From the NCBI GenBank assembly GCA_002269645.1, contig NIVC01001522.1, positions 210,247 through 274,246 on the forward strand: a stretch of 64,000 bases of DNA, given 5' to 3'. The position numbers and the translations under genes are program-made. The notes under the pieces were generated by a model. That model was not told the origin of the DNA. It made no database searches and saw nothing but the letters and a program-made list of their open reading frames with translations. Origin of the DNA: Macrostomum lignano. Taxonomy: Eukaryota. Within the stretch, counting starts at the first letter, position 1, and each line of letters starts with the position of its first letter. Positions 11,507-25,652 of the stretch are shown one piece after another.

Positions 11507-12977
11507 TCTGTTTTTGATCTTAGCTACTATATCGGGGTAGCTGTTCTCTCGGGTCCCTGTTAGGGACTACCTCCTCTATTGTTTCTTGTATTTTTTCCGT
11601 GAGTTTATCAACCACTTTGTCAAGTTCATCGGGAGTGGAGATACGGGATCGAGTCATACTGCAGTTTTCTAGTTTGTCTTGGAGAACGTATCTGAAGGCC
11701 TCCCAATCCGTGTGCCAGTAGCTTTTGGGTGGTTTTGGTTTAGCCTTGGAGTTGGGATCAATAAAAACTTTAACAATAATGGGTAGGTGGTCACTGTCGA
11801 GATCATCGCCAACAATGACATCACTGACAGAGTTAATCAGGTCAGGGGAGCAGATGCCTAGATCAAGGACATTACCAATAATGTTGCCCCCTCTATTATT
11901 AATCCTGGTGCAGTCACCAAAGGAGTTTAGGATGAAGGGGGAATCCGGATGGTTATCAAACCATTCATACAGTTGTTTCCCTGGGAAGTTTTCTACACTG
12001 CCACCGCCCAGCATAGAGTGGCGACAGTTGAGATCTCCTTTAAGTAAGGATCTAGGTTGTGAGAGCAGCTGCTCAGGCAGTGCAGTGCTGATTTGGTCAG
12101 GATTGGGAGCTCTGTAAATAAGGGAAATTGTTCCTGGGGTTATTGTTCGGAGTGACATTGAGGCTAATAAACTCATGGTTAGAGTTGTCATAAAATTTTT
12201 TAACGTTCGAAACATTTAAGGTATTTTTATAAGCAATTGCCAGACCTCTCCTGAAGTCAGGAGTGTCGTATCTGATAACAGCGTAGCCTTGTACATAGCC
12301 TTGTAGTTTCGGAGAAAAGACCAATGTATATATTGTCATTGTGCAACCACATAATAATCTCGTGCATTTTGTTGCTAAGTTTATTGCAGTTTAGGTGACC
12401 AAATTTCAGTGCGCTATTGGAATTTTTACTATTGAAAGCCATAATTAATTATCAGATTTCTCAGTGCTTAGGATCCGCCTCCGCTCACCAAAGTGGCTTT
12501 GGCTTCACCCGCCCTGGCAGCAGGCACCCTTCCGGGATTCAAGAAGGTCGCCAGGACCTCTGTCACTACCCGAATAGCAAGCTGGCTTGCTTCCCAGGCA
12601 GTGAGCAGACGCCCCGGTTCGATCTCCATGATCCGGTTGAGTGCCTCAAGTACCACCCCGAGCACATCATTCCGCGTGAAGCCCCTCTCACCGGTTACAA
12701 CGTTGGGGGCAGCATTGTCCGTTATTGGTTCAGCTTGGGCTGGCTCAGCGCTGCTGGTCGGTGGTGCAGACTGCTTGCTCATTACCGGCACGGCGTTGTC
12801 AGCAGGAAGCGCGGTCTGATTGGTCACCATGTTCGGTTGGGCAGCAGCAGTGGCAGCGGCACGATTGGAGTAGACAATGGGGCCGAGAGTAGGCCTTGGT
12901 CTTGGTCTTGTCATGTCGACGTAGGACAGTGGCCCCGGCACACCAAAGGTCTCGGCCAAGAACTGACTATCTATCCT
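11507..12977 (-). mobile_element. Internal LINE fragment (ORF1 C-terminus + ORF2 APE endonuclease), pseudogenised
   Basis: Near-identical to 38914-40391; APE motifs GDLNCRH and SDHLPI; frameshifted; truncated at both ends. Confidence 0.9.
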
Positions 12978-15159
12978 ATCACTAGTACCTAATTGCTCAG
13001 CAAAAAATATAAACTTTCACTGTTTTTATAATTCAAAAATGCATTAAAAATCTACATCTTAAAGTGACGAATGGTATCTGGAAAAAACAGCAAACAATAA
13101 CAGTAACATGAATTTGTTTTTTAAAAATGAAAAGTAGTACAAACAGAAGTACAGCATATTTTTACACACAATAATTTCATGAAAATGATAACATAGGAAA
13201 AAAAGGAAAAAGAGCAAAATTGCTTATGAAACTAAATGGAATAGTTATTCCATTCCATAAATGCTATGTAGATCTCATAAACTCTTTTACACATATAATT
13301 AATATTCTAATCGAACATTATGTATATTTTCAAATAGTATAGTGTGACGACGTCGTTAGCATCTTAAATTTTTAGTTTCTATGTGAGTTTTTATTACTTA
13401 AAATTATTGTAGTTGATTAATTTGCAGGTTCCCCAGCTATTAATTTAATGTAACTTATTTAGAAAAAATGTACTTGAAGTTTTATTTATTCAAGTCCAAG
13501 TTATTACTACTTTTTTGATAGACATCTTAGGTTTAAATGAATCGGTTTTCCCCGCCAATTTAAATTGTTGCTCGCGCTCGTTTTTGTTCTCTCCGCTACT
13601 CGGCATTTTGTCTCGTACCATGCGTGTCAACACTACTAATAATTGAACTAGCTAACCAATAAATAAATAACTAATAAATAATTAACGAATAATTAATTAA
13701 TCGCTGACTACATCTCGAACTCGCTACGTCACAATAGTTTTGCATCAGTAACTTTCTTTTTAGTATATCTCTATTTAAAACCATACAAATTATGTACGTA
13801 TAAAGTTTACTTTTTTCACATTTTTTATAACTTTTAGTAATCGATCTATTTTTAAAAGCACTAATACACACTATTTTGTTTTAATGTATCCAGCACCATC
13901 GACCCCGCTTTTCTTGCTATAAATATAATCAAAAAATATAATGGAAACTAACTTTGCTTGCCTTACTAACTTTTGGCTCGTGCCTCATTTGAGTGTCGAC
14001 TTTTTGTTCTGAAAATAGCAGTTTAGTCATTGCTCTTTATTTCATGGTCGTTTTGTCTTTCTTCCCCAGAAAAACATTTTGTTCAATATAGTGGGCGTGT
14101 TGCCACCTTTTTCTCCCCCCATGGTGTACAATACAGACCCACAGGCGTCCTGCCTAATCCCCCAGACTTCTGACAGGCGTTCCGCCTATTCCCCAGATGT
14201 ACTGTCTACCAGGCGTCTTGTCTATCTCCAAGATCTCCTGTCTATTAGGCGTACTGCCCTCCTCTCTAAAGGACGTTCGATCCAGCAATAGCACCCTGTC
14301 ATTCCCCACCGGTATTCCCTATTAGGCAATAGAGTCCCCTAAAGTAGTGCGTCCCGTTTTTTCAAGGCAACTTTAGTCCGCCGCCTTGTTCCTATCCTAA
14401 TAGCTAATTCCAATCTAAATAGGATGTTTTACTATTTAGATATAAATAGTGTCTTACTGCTCGGGCATTGAAACGCTACCCTAGCTGCCAGGTATATTGC
14501 CACAATGTTGTCACAACGTTGATATCTAATGTTGCTGAATTGTTGATGTCAATGTTGCGGCAACATATTTTTTGTCGTTGCAAATGTTGTCATATGTTGC
14601 CATATAATGTTGCCATAACATTAAAGCAATGTTGACATAACAACATTTTGAAATCTCTTTTCTTCCTACTGATAGTAATGCAGCGAGATTATTTAATTTG
14701 TAGTAGATTGTTTTAATATTCTGAAAAAAAAACAAAACGAGACGCAAGACCACCCTGCAGCTTTAATCCAATTCAATGGGAAGAATGAAACAAAATGGCG
14801 CACTCGAAGTACAACAAAAAGTTGTTGGTTTTATATTTTTCTAGATGGAATTTTACTTCAAAACAGAATAAATTGCAAATGGTTTTTACTGCGCAAAGAG
14901 ATGTCAATAGGGTTTGTTGTAAATTTCTAAGTCAATGGTATGCAAATATAACTTAGATAAGGGGGAAATAATATGGCATACAAAGTCATACAAAGCGGCT
15001 TTAAGAAGGAAAATCACTTTGCAGCATCATTTTTTTATATTCACCCACAACTAGAGGCTTCAATACAAAAATGTCCTTTGCTATCAAACAATCAAAGAAA
15101 TTCGGACAGCTGGATGTTGACAAAATAACTTGGTACATTGCGATTGATTTTACACGCCA

Positions 15160-17729
15160 TTAATAATTGTCTTCTTCGTCAGCGTCGTCAGCACCGAAAC
15201 CTTCAGCATCGCCTTCGCCGTCCAATCTAGGACCAACACCAGAATCGGCAGCATTTTGCCCACTAGAGGCGCGTTCAGCTTTGCGACGTTCTCGAACGGC
15301 GGCAAAGCGCAGATGCTCGCCCACGGCTTCCTCGATCGCGAGTCCTGTCGCCGTCTTATGGGCCGTCCATACGACATCTGAGAACGAGAGAATTCCTGAA
15401 TTATAAATTAAATCGAACACAAATGGACTATTTCAACGTCTGAATTAGAAACTAATGGGCATTACATTCTGCTTTTCTTACTTTTGATAAGGGGGAGAAG
15501 TCCAAGGTTTTCAAACGGCAGTTTGGACACACCCCTACGAACGGCACCACGAAGGCTGTACTGCTTAGCCAATCCGTCGGTCATCAGTTGGTACATAAGG
15601 GTGCTTACTTGCGTTGAAACAGACTTTCCACCCAACCGACGGAGAAAGGCGAACTGAAATGTTGATGTTGGTTGATCACAAAATTGAATTCGAAAGAAGT
15701 CTTGTTAGATAGCTTCTTATAAGAATCTATCAAAGCTTGCAAATCGTTTTGCTATCATTGTACGATATTTTAAAGAATCAGAAATCTCTAGCAAAAAAAG
15801 AAATCAGTGACTTTAATTACAGTGCACATTGCATTCTAGCTGTATCATTTTATTTAACGAATATTTACCACAGTCTCTGTTGACTTTCGATCCTCCTTGA
15901 CTTGACGGCTCCATGCTAGAAGCCCCTCCGGGGAGTTGAACGGCAAGCCACCCAAAATGGCTTTGTCAGTAGGAATTTGGTGTTGTCGACTATCAGCAGC
16001 AGAATGAGCAGCGGGCAATGGGTTTGAGGAGATATGCTGCTCAATCGATTGAAGTCGCCGATCGATGCTGCACACTTTAAGATACGTCGCCCGCTGCGAC
16101 GCTGAAATATTAGAAAAATAAAATCGTTGTTTGCTTATTATACGCATATTATATGTTTTTGCTATATATGTATCTGAGAAATATACTTCTATACGAGACA
16201 AACCATTTTTCTCATAAAAAATCAAAGCGTAGTTGTTGTGAAAATATAAAATGAGTATAAGCTATAGTCATGTCAGTCAATGAACAGATTCATTTTAATA
16301 TTTAGTGTGGATTCATGAATTTGGATCTAATGAGTAAATAGTGAGTCTATCTGTAAGCAGCATTTACTGGTAGGGTACAAAAAATATCATAACTGTTACC
16401 TTCTATTTTGGAAATCATAGAAGCAACTTCTGCCAAAGTTACAGTTGACGATTGTCCTGGACTAGCAACATCAGGTTGTTCTCCGTACAAATCGCCGAGA
16501 GTCACCAGAAGTGACTGTGTATTTGCAGCTGCGAAAGGCGACAGTTCGACCGATGGTGAATTTCGTAAGCCCGGCGACGACACTGCAGACGGCAGAGCAG
16601 ACCGGTTACGATTCGCTGGTGATGATATTGCCGCAGCGCCAGCTGATGATGGCATTGCCGCAGCGCCAGCTGATGATGACACTGCCGCAGCGCCAGCTGA
16701 TGATGGCATTGCCGCAGCGCCAGCAGATGATGACACTGCCGCAGCGCCAGCTGATGATGGCATTGCCGCAGCACGAGCTGATAAAATCCCACATGGTGCG
16801 GTAATAACTGATGTAGCTGAATTGTTGCTGTTGGGCCCAGGGCGGATGTTCGAAGCATGTGATTGTTGCAGTACAGTCTGCAGCCTTGGTGCCTTGGGTA
16901 CCACAGTCGGTTCACCAGCTGGTAATCTCGATCTTGATTTGCGATTCCTTGAATATTCGATCTCCTCGTCCAGACAATTACTGTGTCTATCGATGAAGAC
17001 ATCAGCAGGTGGACGATGCCTCGACACTTCGCAGTCCGTAGATACGACGTCACCTTTGTTTTCATAACGACTTCTTAATTTTAAAGCCGAGCGCCATGAA
17101 TCTGAGAGGTTATATAACGAGAAGCGCAATGTAATGCAAATATTTTTCCCTGGCAGGTCATAATTGAGCACTTTAATTCATATCAGTATTATGCGATACA
17201 TTTTTTAGTTGTTTATTGTACGATGTAATTTGTAATAATGTCAGTTATAAATAAACAAGTAATAAACAAAAATACAAACCAAGTGCAAAAAACCTATATT
17301 TTATACATACATAGGCATACATATATGGGCTTTGAAACTTCACAAGTCACTATTAACCATGCTTTACAGTAAAATGACAAACATATTTACTCTTGAAACT
17401 CTTTAAAAGTATATGCTAAACGGGAAACAAACCCTGAACTGAGAAAAACCAGCTTACGTACCATGCTGTGCCAATACGATCACCTCGTGTAGAGTCCAAT
17501 TTTCGTCTGGAGCGATCCGTCCATCGATTGCCTTCTCATACGCTCGTCTTGGGGGCCACAGCACAGTCGTCGGGGACTTGAACCATGTTTTGAGTACCAA
17601 ATCGAAAGAACGGTCGGCAGCGAATAAAACGAGAGCATAGGTCAGAGCAGGCATCGATGGCTCTTCTTGATCAGAGTCAGAAGATGACATCATGAAACTG
17701 AATTTAAATCGGAACGCTTGAACAGGCAA
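15160..17729 (-). CDS. Spliced CACTA accessory gene (N-terminal WPP motif, C-terminal DUF4806-like domain)
   Basis: Exon 17454-17729 (WFKSPTTVLWPP); S/A-rich exon 16377-17171; exon ~15483-15655 (LRRLGGKSVSTQVSTLMYQLMTDGLAKQYSLRG...FENL); last exon 15160-15420. Exact splice junctions are uncertain. Confidence 0.7.
16590..16775. repeat. 30-bp coding tandem repeat (SSAGAAAMP/VS)
   Basis: gctgatgatggcattgccgcagcgccagct-like unit, x~6. Confidence 0.9.
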
Positions 17730-17732
17730 ATT

Positions 17733-19603
17733 TCAAAAGGTGTGCAAAATAGGAAGTGCTACTAAGCCGCCTTCGCGCTGCTTCAAAAGCATCCCTTTGC
17801 ACAATAAATCGGCAGATGGGATGAAGCTCAAATCACGAGAGAGATCGCTAACAACTACTATATTTATATCTAACGAATTGACAGCGCTGTCATAAAATGG
17901 TTCCATACGGCGATACTGTAGACCAACTAGAATGAAACTATTATCAACGCATGATAAAATATGCTTCACGCAAACAACAGCACCTTGCTTAGTAAAAACA
18001 TAGCAATCCGGATGTAAATTGGAAATGAATGTGTGTCGATCAGGCAGAATTACTTTTGAAAAGGCTCCGGAGATAGATAAATGATGGACAGTAATGTTAG
18101 GAATCGGTCTAATTCCAGAAAAAGACACATTCTGAGTTCCAGAAAACTTATCAAAATAGCCTAGGGTAACATCTCTTTCTAGAACTCGCTTGACAACTTG
18201 TTGCAGGGTGAATGATGGGCCTCTACAAAACTTAGTAAAAAAGCGTATAAAGTTTTCACCCCAAAAGCAGCTAAAATTTTCGAGACAACCGAACAGTCGC
18301 ACGTCATTCGGCACATGGATTAGGGCGTGAATCGAAAATACAATGAACTCTGGGCCCCATGCTTTTGTGCACTCAGAAACAAACCACTTGATGAGGTCCT
18401 CTGAGAAATCGCAATAATGCGAACATAAAACGGGATGCGACATAAGAAATGTGAATGTGTGCAATGAGAGAATTAACTGGTACATAACAGAACTAACAAT
18501 TCCCTTCAGAGCAACAGGTGCAAGATATAAGATAAACATGCGCAATTCTGTTGCCTTCCAGAGTTTTAAAACATTAAGGGATCGCGGCCGACGAGGAAAA
18601 TCGTGCGTTATACATGATCTCAGAGACGTTAATGTTGTGCTGATTTGCCGTATAGAAAGCGAAGGGACGCGGTAGTCAACATGTGCGGCAGATAAGGACT
18701 TTAAAATTCTGAAAACAGCGCCCTCATAAATCAGGTGCATGGGATCTAATGGAAAGCACTTGATCATGTCTATTGCTAAGGACAAAAACGGACTTTGTTG
18801 GCGATTGCGAATGTGGTCTATATAGGCTTCAGGCGTGCGGAACATATCATCAGTGCGAAGAGGTGCAGAAACATCGACAAAACAGACCCTACGTGCAACA
18901 TACTCGCCTTCGACTACGCATTTGTCACATGAAAAGTAGCCTGTGCAATGTTTGGTACTTTTAACATAGGATCGAGCAGGTGTGTCGCACATTACCATCT
19001 CCAAAATAAAGGGAACACATTTTCCATTTGGCATTATGAATCCAGCTGAGATTAAACTGTGCAGCTCAGCTATGCAATCAGCCAGAAAGTCATTAACAAA
19101 GGCAGGCTTCGAATCGCCACAATAGATGCCGATGATAAAAGAACAGTCACGAAGGTCCCTTAGGCGTCCAAAAATTGGCCAAAGGGTACATGTTGTGCTC
19201 CGATAGACCTGCGCACCATCAATAAAAAGATGAAAAAAACGGTACTCATCAGCAACAAAGATGGACGATTAGCCAGTACAAAATTTAAAGCAGCTTTGAC
19301 ACCAAAATGGTAATAGTGGCCAGGTTCAACAGTTTTTACAGATACTTTGCGTTCAGTTTTCATCAGAGTACGATAGTCACGTGGCAGGCCAGGCTCAATG
19401 GCTTCCAAGCGATGAAGTAAATCATTAACCATTGCAGTGTCTGGATCTTTTGCTTTGACCCAATCACAGAGAGCAGTTTGTAGTTGCTCCCTACGGTCAA
19501 TCAAGTTAAGCTCAGACTCCATAGCCGAAAATTCAGAGCCTCGATCAGATAGATTAGCACTACTTTGAAAGCTTGCATTACTTGAACCTGAAAAGTGTGA
19601 CAA
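17733..19603 (-). CDS. EnSpm/CACTA-like transposase, one frameshift near 19250
   Basis: After the frameshift: FIDGAQVYRS..LWPI, GIYCGDSKP, CDTPARSY, CDKC, LDPMHL, HALIH..DV..FG.LENFSCF.GENF. Confidence 0.88.
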
Positions 19604-22202
19604 TTTTTAGGGAGTCAAAATATATTTCATCTATAGTAGAGCAAAAAATGGCTAAACAGTTAACCACAAATTAACTTACCAAAATGGTTTAGAGCCTGTA
19701 CCACTTCAAACTCTTTAGATCCTATATCTGCTTCCATTTCAACTTCTTGTTGGTTGCTAGACAGAGATACACAGGAATCTTGAGCTTCTAGTACTTGGTC
19801 AACTGATAGTCCTATATTAGGATATTCAGAAGCAGATGCAGAACTTCTCTGGTCTTGGACCATATAGTACTCAGATAATGCTTGCCTCTGAATAGTACGT
19901 TTGCTCATTTGCTTCTCCATGATTTTGTAAAGATCTGAAAAGTTTTTGATTTATTGAATATTAATGTGAAAACTGAAGAATATAGCCCATATGACAATGA
20001 CTATATCACAAAGGATATATACATTGCTTATACATAAGTAGTTATATCTAAACTTTACTTAATGGTATGATACATTTGTAAATAAGATGCATTCTTAGTA
20101 GATGCATTTCTTAGTCTTTTCCTCACTTTTTTCTCTAACCTTTATATACATAACACTGGCCTGTTCACACGCGCTTCTTTGAATAAACTTTTTCTTGACC
20201 ATATTATGGAGCTGAGATCTGCAGCTTTCATTTGAATCAAGTTACAATTGAAACAGACTGAAATTATATCTGCTAGAAGACATTGTAGCAAGGGTTTCAG
20301 AACTTTTGATGGACAATATACATGTATATTAGCTTTTTTCCATTGACCTTATCCCTTAGCCCTAGGGCAGCACAGTCCAGATTGGCCCAGATTGTTCTTT
20401 GCTAATAGAACTGATACTCAGGGCCATAGCAACCCACAACTATTAAATTAAAGTACATGAACTAACTGATTGAGTACACATGCAGCCAGCTAACATGACC
20501 ACCCAATAGGCCCCCCCCTAGTTATGAAAATAATTTTTTTCCAAAACAGTAAATAGGCCTAATTAGTATATAATAAATTAAGCAATTATATAAATATTAG
20601 GTTTAAGCTAAAATAGCCAATATAGAAAAAAATCAAAGGGCATTCAAGAAAATATTTTGAAATCAACATAATTAAAATACCTAAATACTCGTAAATAGGG
20701 ATATAATAAAATTATATTTGAAAAACTATATACTATTTAAATATTTTAATTATTCTTGATAACTTATAAGCCCCATGGCTATGTCTATAGTCAGTAGGTG
20801 TAGCTAGGAATTTCCTACAGGGGATATACCAAGGAGAATTTTTTATGGAAGGTATACCAAGGTAAAAGTATTATGATAGAGTTACATGGTAGCATATATA
20901 GCAACAAAAGGCAACAAAAAAATTAGTTAGGCTCTTTAGGGAAGGATATATCCCCCTATCCTCCCTCCCTATACCTTTGCCTATAGTAAAATATAGATGA
21001 AAAAACTAAAAATAATGGCTCAATACTACAATAAGTTGAGTCCAGTTGGAATTATTCATTTAAACCTAGGCTTCAAGTGTAGGCCTAATTTTTTTAATTA
21101 TATATAAACTTAGATTTAGCACATGCTAGCATACAAAGTTTTATAGTTCAAGCTAGGTTAGGCCTACCATCTAGGCTACTAAGTTCTAATTGTAGGCCTA
21201 GCCTATCCAATTTTTAATACCAATTTAAATAAAAATAAAAATGGCCTACCTACATTACATACTATAATTTTTTATAAATTAAATGCCTAAAATACTTAAA
21301 TAAAGCTTAGAACACATCCAAAACTATCTACTAGGGCAGCAAGGTCTGAAAATAAATGACGCCTAGCTATGCCTTTGTCTGGTTGTCTAGCTAAGTTAAG
21401 ATTAAGAAAGACTGGGACTATAGAACTGTTTAAAAAACAATGAGGTAACTAGTGACTTGAATATTGAAAAATGTCATAAGTAGTGTTAGACTCTACAATA
21501 ACCAAATATTAGCCTGTTCTAACAAGAACTATCTAACAAGGGCTACAAGCAAGCTCAAGAATTTTATCCATGCAAATTTTATCCATGTATTGTTTACATC
21601 TTTTAAGTTTTATAAACGATAAATTGTATTGAGCAATACACTTCTTCTAACATTAACAAAAGAAAATACTTATTAAGGCCTAAAAAACGACAAAAAAAAT
21701 TTGTACTTAAATATAAATTTTCTGTGCCTTGGCTACTTTCAAAGAAACAGCCTTTTACCAGCTAAATGGTTTTATTATTTTCTAATTTTTGAGCAAGGTC
21801 ATGTGCCCTTATGTTCTACTATAAGCAGCCTCAATAGTAAAATACCACTACAAAATAAAATGTTGTCACGGCAACATTGTTACAATGTAGCTGAAACATA
21901 AAATGTCACGGCAATATCTATGCAACACTGTCAATATTGGTACAACATAAACTGGCAGTAAGGGTACCAGTGTCCTTAAAGTACACTCTTATTAGAAATA
22001 GAAATTCTCCCCACAATTTTTGGAAAACCCCAGTCGCCTAAGGAATTTGGTAACAATAAGTGGGATTAATCCTCTAAACAGAAGAACCCCCTTCTTTTGT
22101 GATGGTTTGTGATGTGATATTTGTATGTTTTTGTGAAATAACATAAGGGCCATGTGGGGGTAACACTTACAGCCCTATATTATAATGTTTTCAGAATAAT
22201 AT

Positions 22203-23116
22203 TGTGCTAGGTCTTTCTCCTCTACCTCTCAAGATGCTACCCTCTGTGTTAGGCCTTAGGGTTTCTACTGAAATTATCTCACCAATTTACTGCTGTCCTT
22301 TAGTTCTAATTTCTTTATTCTATAAATTGTCACTAATACATCTACTTTGAGTAGCGTTGGCAGCCCTAAATTATTACTTTTTCCTAGAAACTTCTAATTT
22401 CACACGATTTCCTAGAAACCTTGTGATAGCGTGTAGTGCCCGAGCGGTAAGACACTGTCTAATCCTTAATTCAGTCCAAAAGTATAGCGTCTTCCGGGGA
22501 CCAAGGGTGTCCAGCGGTAGCTAATCTACTTCCCTAATACCTAATCTCTTAATGCGTAATGCTTATTATTAGCCTGTATGGCTTTCTTTGGATCTATACG
22601 ATCTCGATCTCCCTGTCCAGATTTCTGTTATTGAGTCTCCACGACCTCTGGTTTCTCTATCTAGAGTCCTGGTTTTGGGTCTCCACGACCTCTGGTTTCC
22701 CTATCTAGAACCCTGATTTTGGGTCTCCACGACCTCTGGTTTCCCTATCTAGAATCTTGGTTTTGGGTCTCCACGACCTCTGGTTTCCCTATCTAGTGAA
22801 AGAAATAACGAGATAAGTCTTAGCCAAATTTAGATTTGTTTCGCTAAAAGATTCTCGCAAGTGGCCGAAGGCAAAAATTGAGAACGATCGCCGAGGAAGA
22901 AGTTATATTTTTTTAGCGTCAACCTAATTCCTTATATACAGAAAATTTGGGGAAGGTGGGACGCATTTTAACAATCACTAAAATTACAACAAAAGAATTC
23001 GATTTGTTTGGGGAATTTAAACAAATGGGGAAGAAAATTTCTGATTGGCTATGATTAAAACTCGGGTTTAGCTACTGTTATAAGTAATATACATAGTTTA
23101 TAAAGATTCTGCCTCA
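22203..23116 (-). mobile_element. Solo LTR, family A copy 1
   Basis: TG...CA ends, ATAT on both sides; CCAAT, TATA and AATAAA on the minus strand; internal ~38-bp subrepeats; homologous to 25653-26590 and 60986-61655. Confidence 0.75.
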
Positions 23117-23345
23117 ATATAAAATATACTCTGAGAATTCTGAGGCAGACATGTACTACACATGGTTCTCACTCTTTGCTAGTATTGTACACGCCATTTT
23201 AAATGCGCCTACCGCCTTGCTGAATTCTTAATTACACCAAAAGCAAATTTTACTCACATGTAAGTCGTGTTCCCTGTGAGATCTGTTCCAAGGAAGGGCA
23301 GCTTTGACATTAGCTGGCAAATTGTCCACATGCAAGTAAAAACAA

Positions 23346-25566
23346 CTATGGCTCTACGGCGCATGAAACCGAGCAAAAGTATGCTCCGGACAAAATTTTA
23401 GTTTTTGGGGGAAAGCCAGCTCTTTCACAGTGCGACTTGCGCCCGCAGCCATCGCACTGGATCCACTGTAGCACTGCATCATTTGGTTTTAGGCAGACAT
23501 CCGCCTGACATACCTCAACTTCTAGAGCTGCATGGCTATTCACCCCTTCATGTCTACGGCCCTGTCCACGGACACGACCACGTCCACTGCTTCGACCTCG
23601 ACGCGCATCACTGCCAGCAGCAGCATCAGCATCAGCACTAGCAACTGCTGGACTAACAAGCCTCAGTCGCCGGGTCGATTTTGCTGTTTTGAGCGGCTCC
23701 CAAACCTTTGGCTCGTCACACGTGCATGATACTAATGCTCGACAGACGCACGAAAGGTCCCTGTATTCAATACCTCGCTCAGACTTCCAGACGTGGTGTA
23801 TCTTTGAAGCCCCGGGCATTTTATTCAGGTTCAGCATGAGCAACACATTCGTGAACTCGATGTCGCGAGCTTCTACGTGCCACGTCAGCACTCCCAGTGC
23901 ATTGTCAGTCTTAAAAGCATCCAAGACATCTTCTGGTGTCACAACGTTGCTGCTTGTTGCCACCACAAGGTCACAGCGGCGCTTCACAGCAGCACCGACT
24001 CCGTCAGCCGCACCTTTGCCGTGCCCTGCTTCTGTGTATATCCACTACCAGTTAAAATTTTCTAAGCGGAGTAGCAGCCGATGGAATATATAAAGCATGT
24101 TCTGTACTGGCTCGATGGTGAATCCGAGATTACAGAGATGCGTGTAAGTGGCGTTCCCATGTCACTGAACTTCTGCTTGAAAAAGCGGATAACTGGTTGC
24201 AGGTGAGCGGCAATAGCATCAGCAGTCTGGCGTTCACCAGATACGGACACAAAGGAGCGCGGTGACTGGCCCGCTATGCACGCAACGCCCTGGTGAATTA
24301 CAATCTGCTCCTGGTCCCCAAAGTGGGTCGCCTGCACCTCCTTGTTATACTTGGTGCCGTAATTTTCCGAAAAATCGACGTGAAGCACCAGATGTCCGGG
24401 CTCCAGCGTCGACTTTAGACGACGAATCGCAAAACACTGGTTCCTGAGACGCATCAGGTGACCAGCAAATCTTTCCAGGTGTTGTTGGAACATTTTGACA
24501 GCGTCCTCACTCTTCATAGTATCCCGGATGACTTCAACGCCACTACGGCCGCCAGTCAATGGTCGCCACGCGTGGAATGTCACCTCCGACTTACTTGCTG
24601 CCGTAGAAGTGATGGGCGACTTTCTTACACACTTGTTGCACTGTCGCAAAAGGCAGGCATTTGACTTGTCAGAGCAGACAATCAAAATTAGAAGATCACG
24701 CAAGTTGGTGGTGATGGTCAGCCCTGCCGAGTGCATGCCTTTTGCCAGCAGCTCCAAGTTTGTGCACTGCATACACATGCAGAGGTTGCGATCGCACAAG
24801 CGGGGCTGTACCAGATGCCATGGCTTCCATCGGTAAAAGGTTGCCAAACTGATCTTGGCGTTTGGATTTTCAATCATGAATTTGTTGTACAGCGCCCGGA
24901 CTGTTGTCGTCAGATAACGCTTCTGTCGCTTCTTCTCTCACATTAGTGCATGGATCTCTCCGGGTGATGGTCTCATGCTTGGAGGCACTAGATCGAGAGT
25001 TTTCCTCATCAAGGAAAGTTTGTCACGGCCATTCGTAGGATACTTACACGCTTCGCAGATTTTTCCTTTAAAACTTTTTGAGCGAACCCGAATAGTTTTA
25101 CAACGTCTCTTTGACTGGATTCCTCAACTTCTCGACAAACCATACGAAACAACCGTCGACAGTATTTTTGGCGCCTAACGGCTGCTAGCGTCTGCATGAT
25201 TTTGGCATTTGAGCTCAGCGCTTCATCTCTGTGCATTTTTTGCAGCAGCTATTGCTTGGTTGGCCTTTTTTAACTTGTGACGCAAGACCTTGCGACGATT
25301 CTCAGAAGCGGCAAACTTCGTAGCAATTTCTTCTATCTTTAACTTCAGCTTGCTTCGCTCTCTTTTTCTTGCAGCCTCAGACCGAGAAACAGCTGAGTTA
25401 TTTTGGTAATTATTTTCCTGTGTTAGTGTGTTTTGGCATGAAAGACTTCTCTATTCGTTGCTGCTTCCGATGAGCCCTAAAACCGCTATAGTCGCCAAAT
25501 TTCTTTTCGATGTACCTTCGATCATACTCTCGCTTCTTTTCTCGCCTGGTTGATTTGAAAGGCATG
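23346..25566 (-). pseudogene. Degraded DDD/E-type transposase with C-terminal PHD finger (superfamily uncertain, Sola-like)
   Basis: CMCMQC, HVDFSENY, VISDSPSSQY, EAGHGKGAADGVGAAVKR (across a stop/frameshift at ~24000-24060), and C-terminal CQADVC..WIQCDGC...H...YFCSVSC. Confidence 0.7.
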
Positions 25567-25652
25567 GCTGCAAGGAATTTAAAATGACATGGTTACTTGG
25601 AATTCTAGACTGTTATTTGTATTTTATATTTGTACTTATATTTTGTATATAT

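Larger units (their letters stand above)
14479..21964 (-). mobile_element. Complete CACTA/EnSpm-type DNA transposon (~7.5 kb)
   Basis: TIRs CCCTAGCTGCCAG (14479-14491) and CTGGCAGTAAGGG (21952-21964), 11/13 match, with TA on both sides. Subterminal caacattg/caatgttg repeats. Encodes a transposase and a DUF4806-type gene. Confidence 0.85.

Noticed and set aside
22425-22470. tRNA-Leu/Ser-like 5' half inside LTR family A
   Set aside because: A-box-like only; no B box or cloverleaf.
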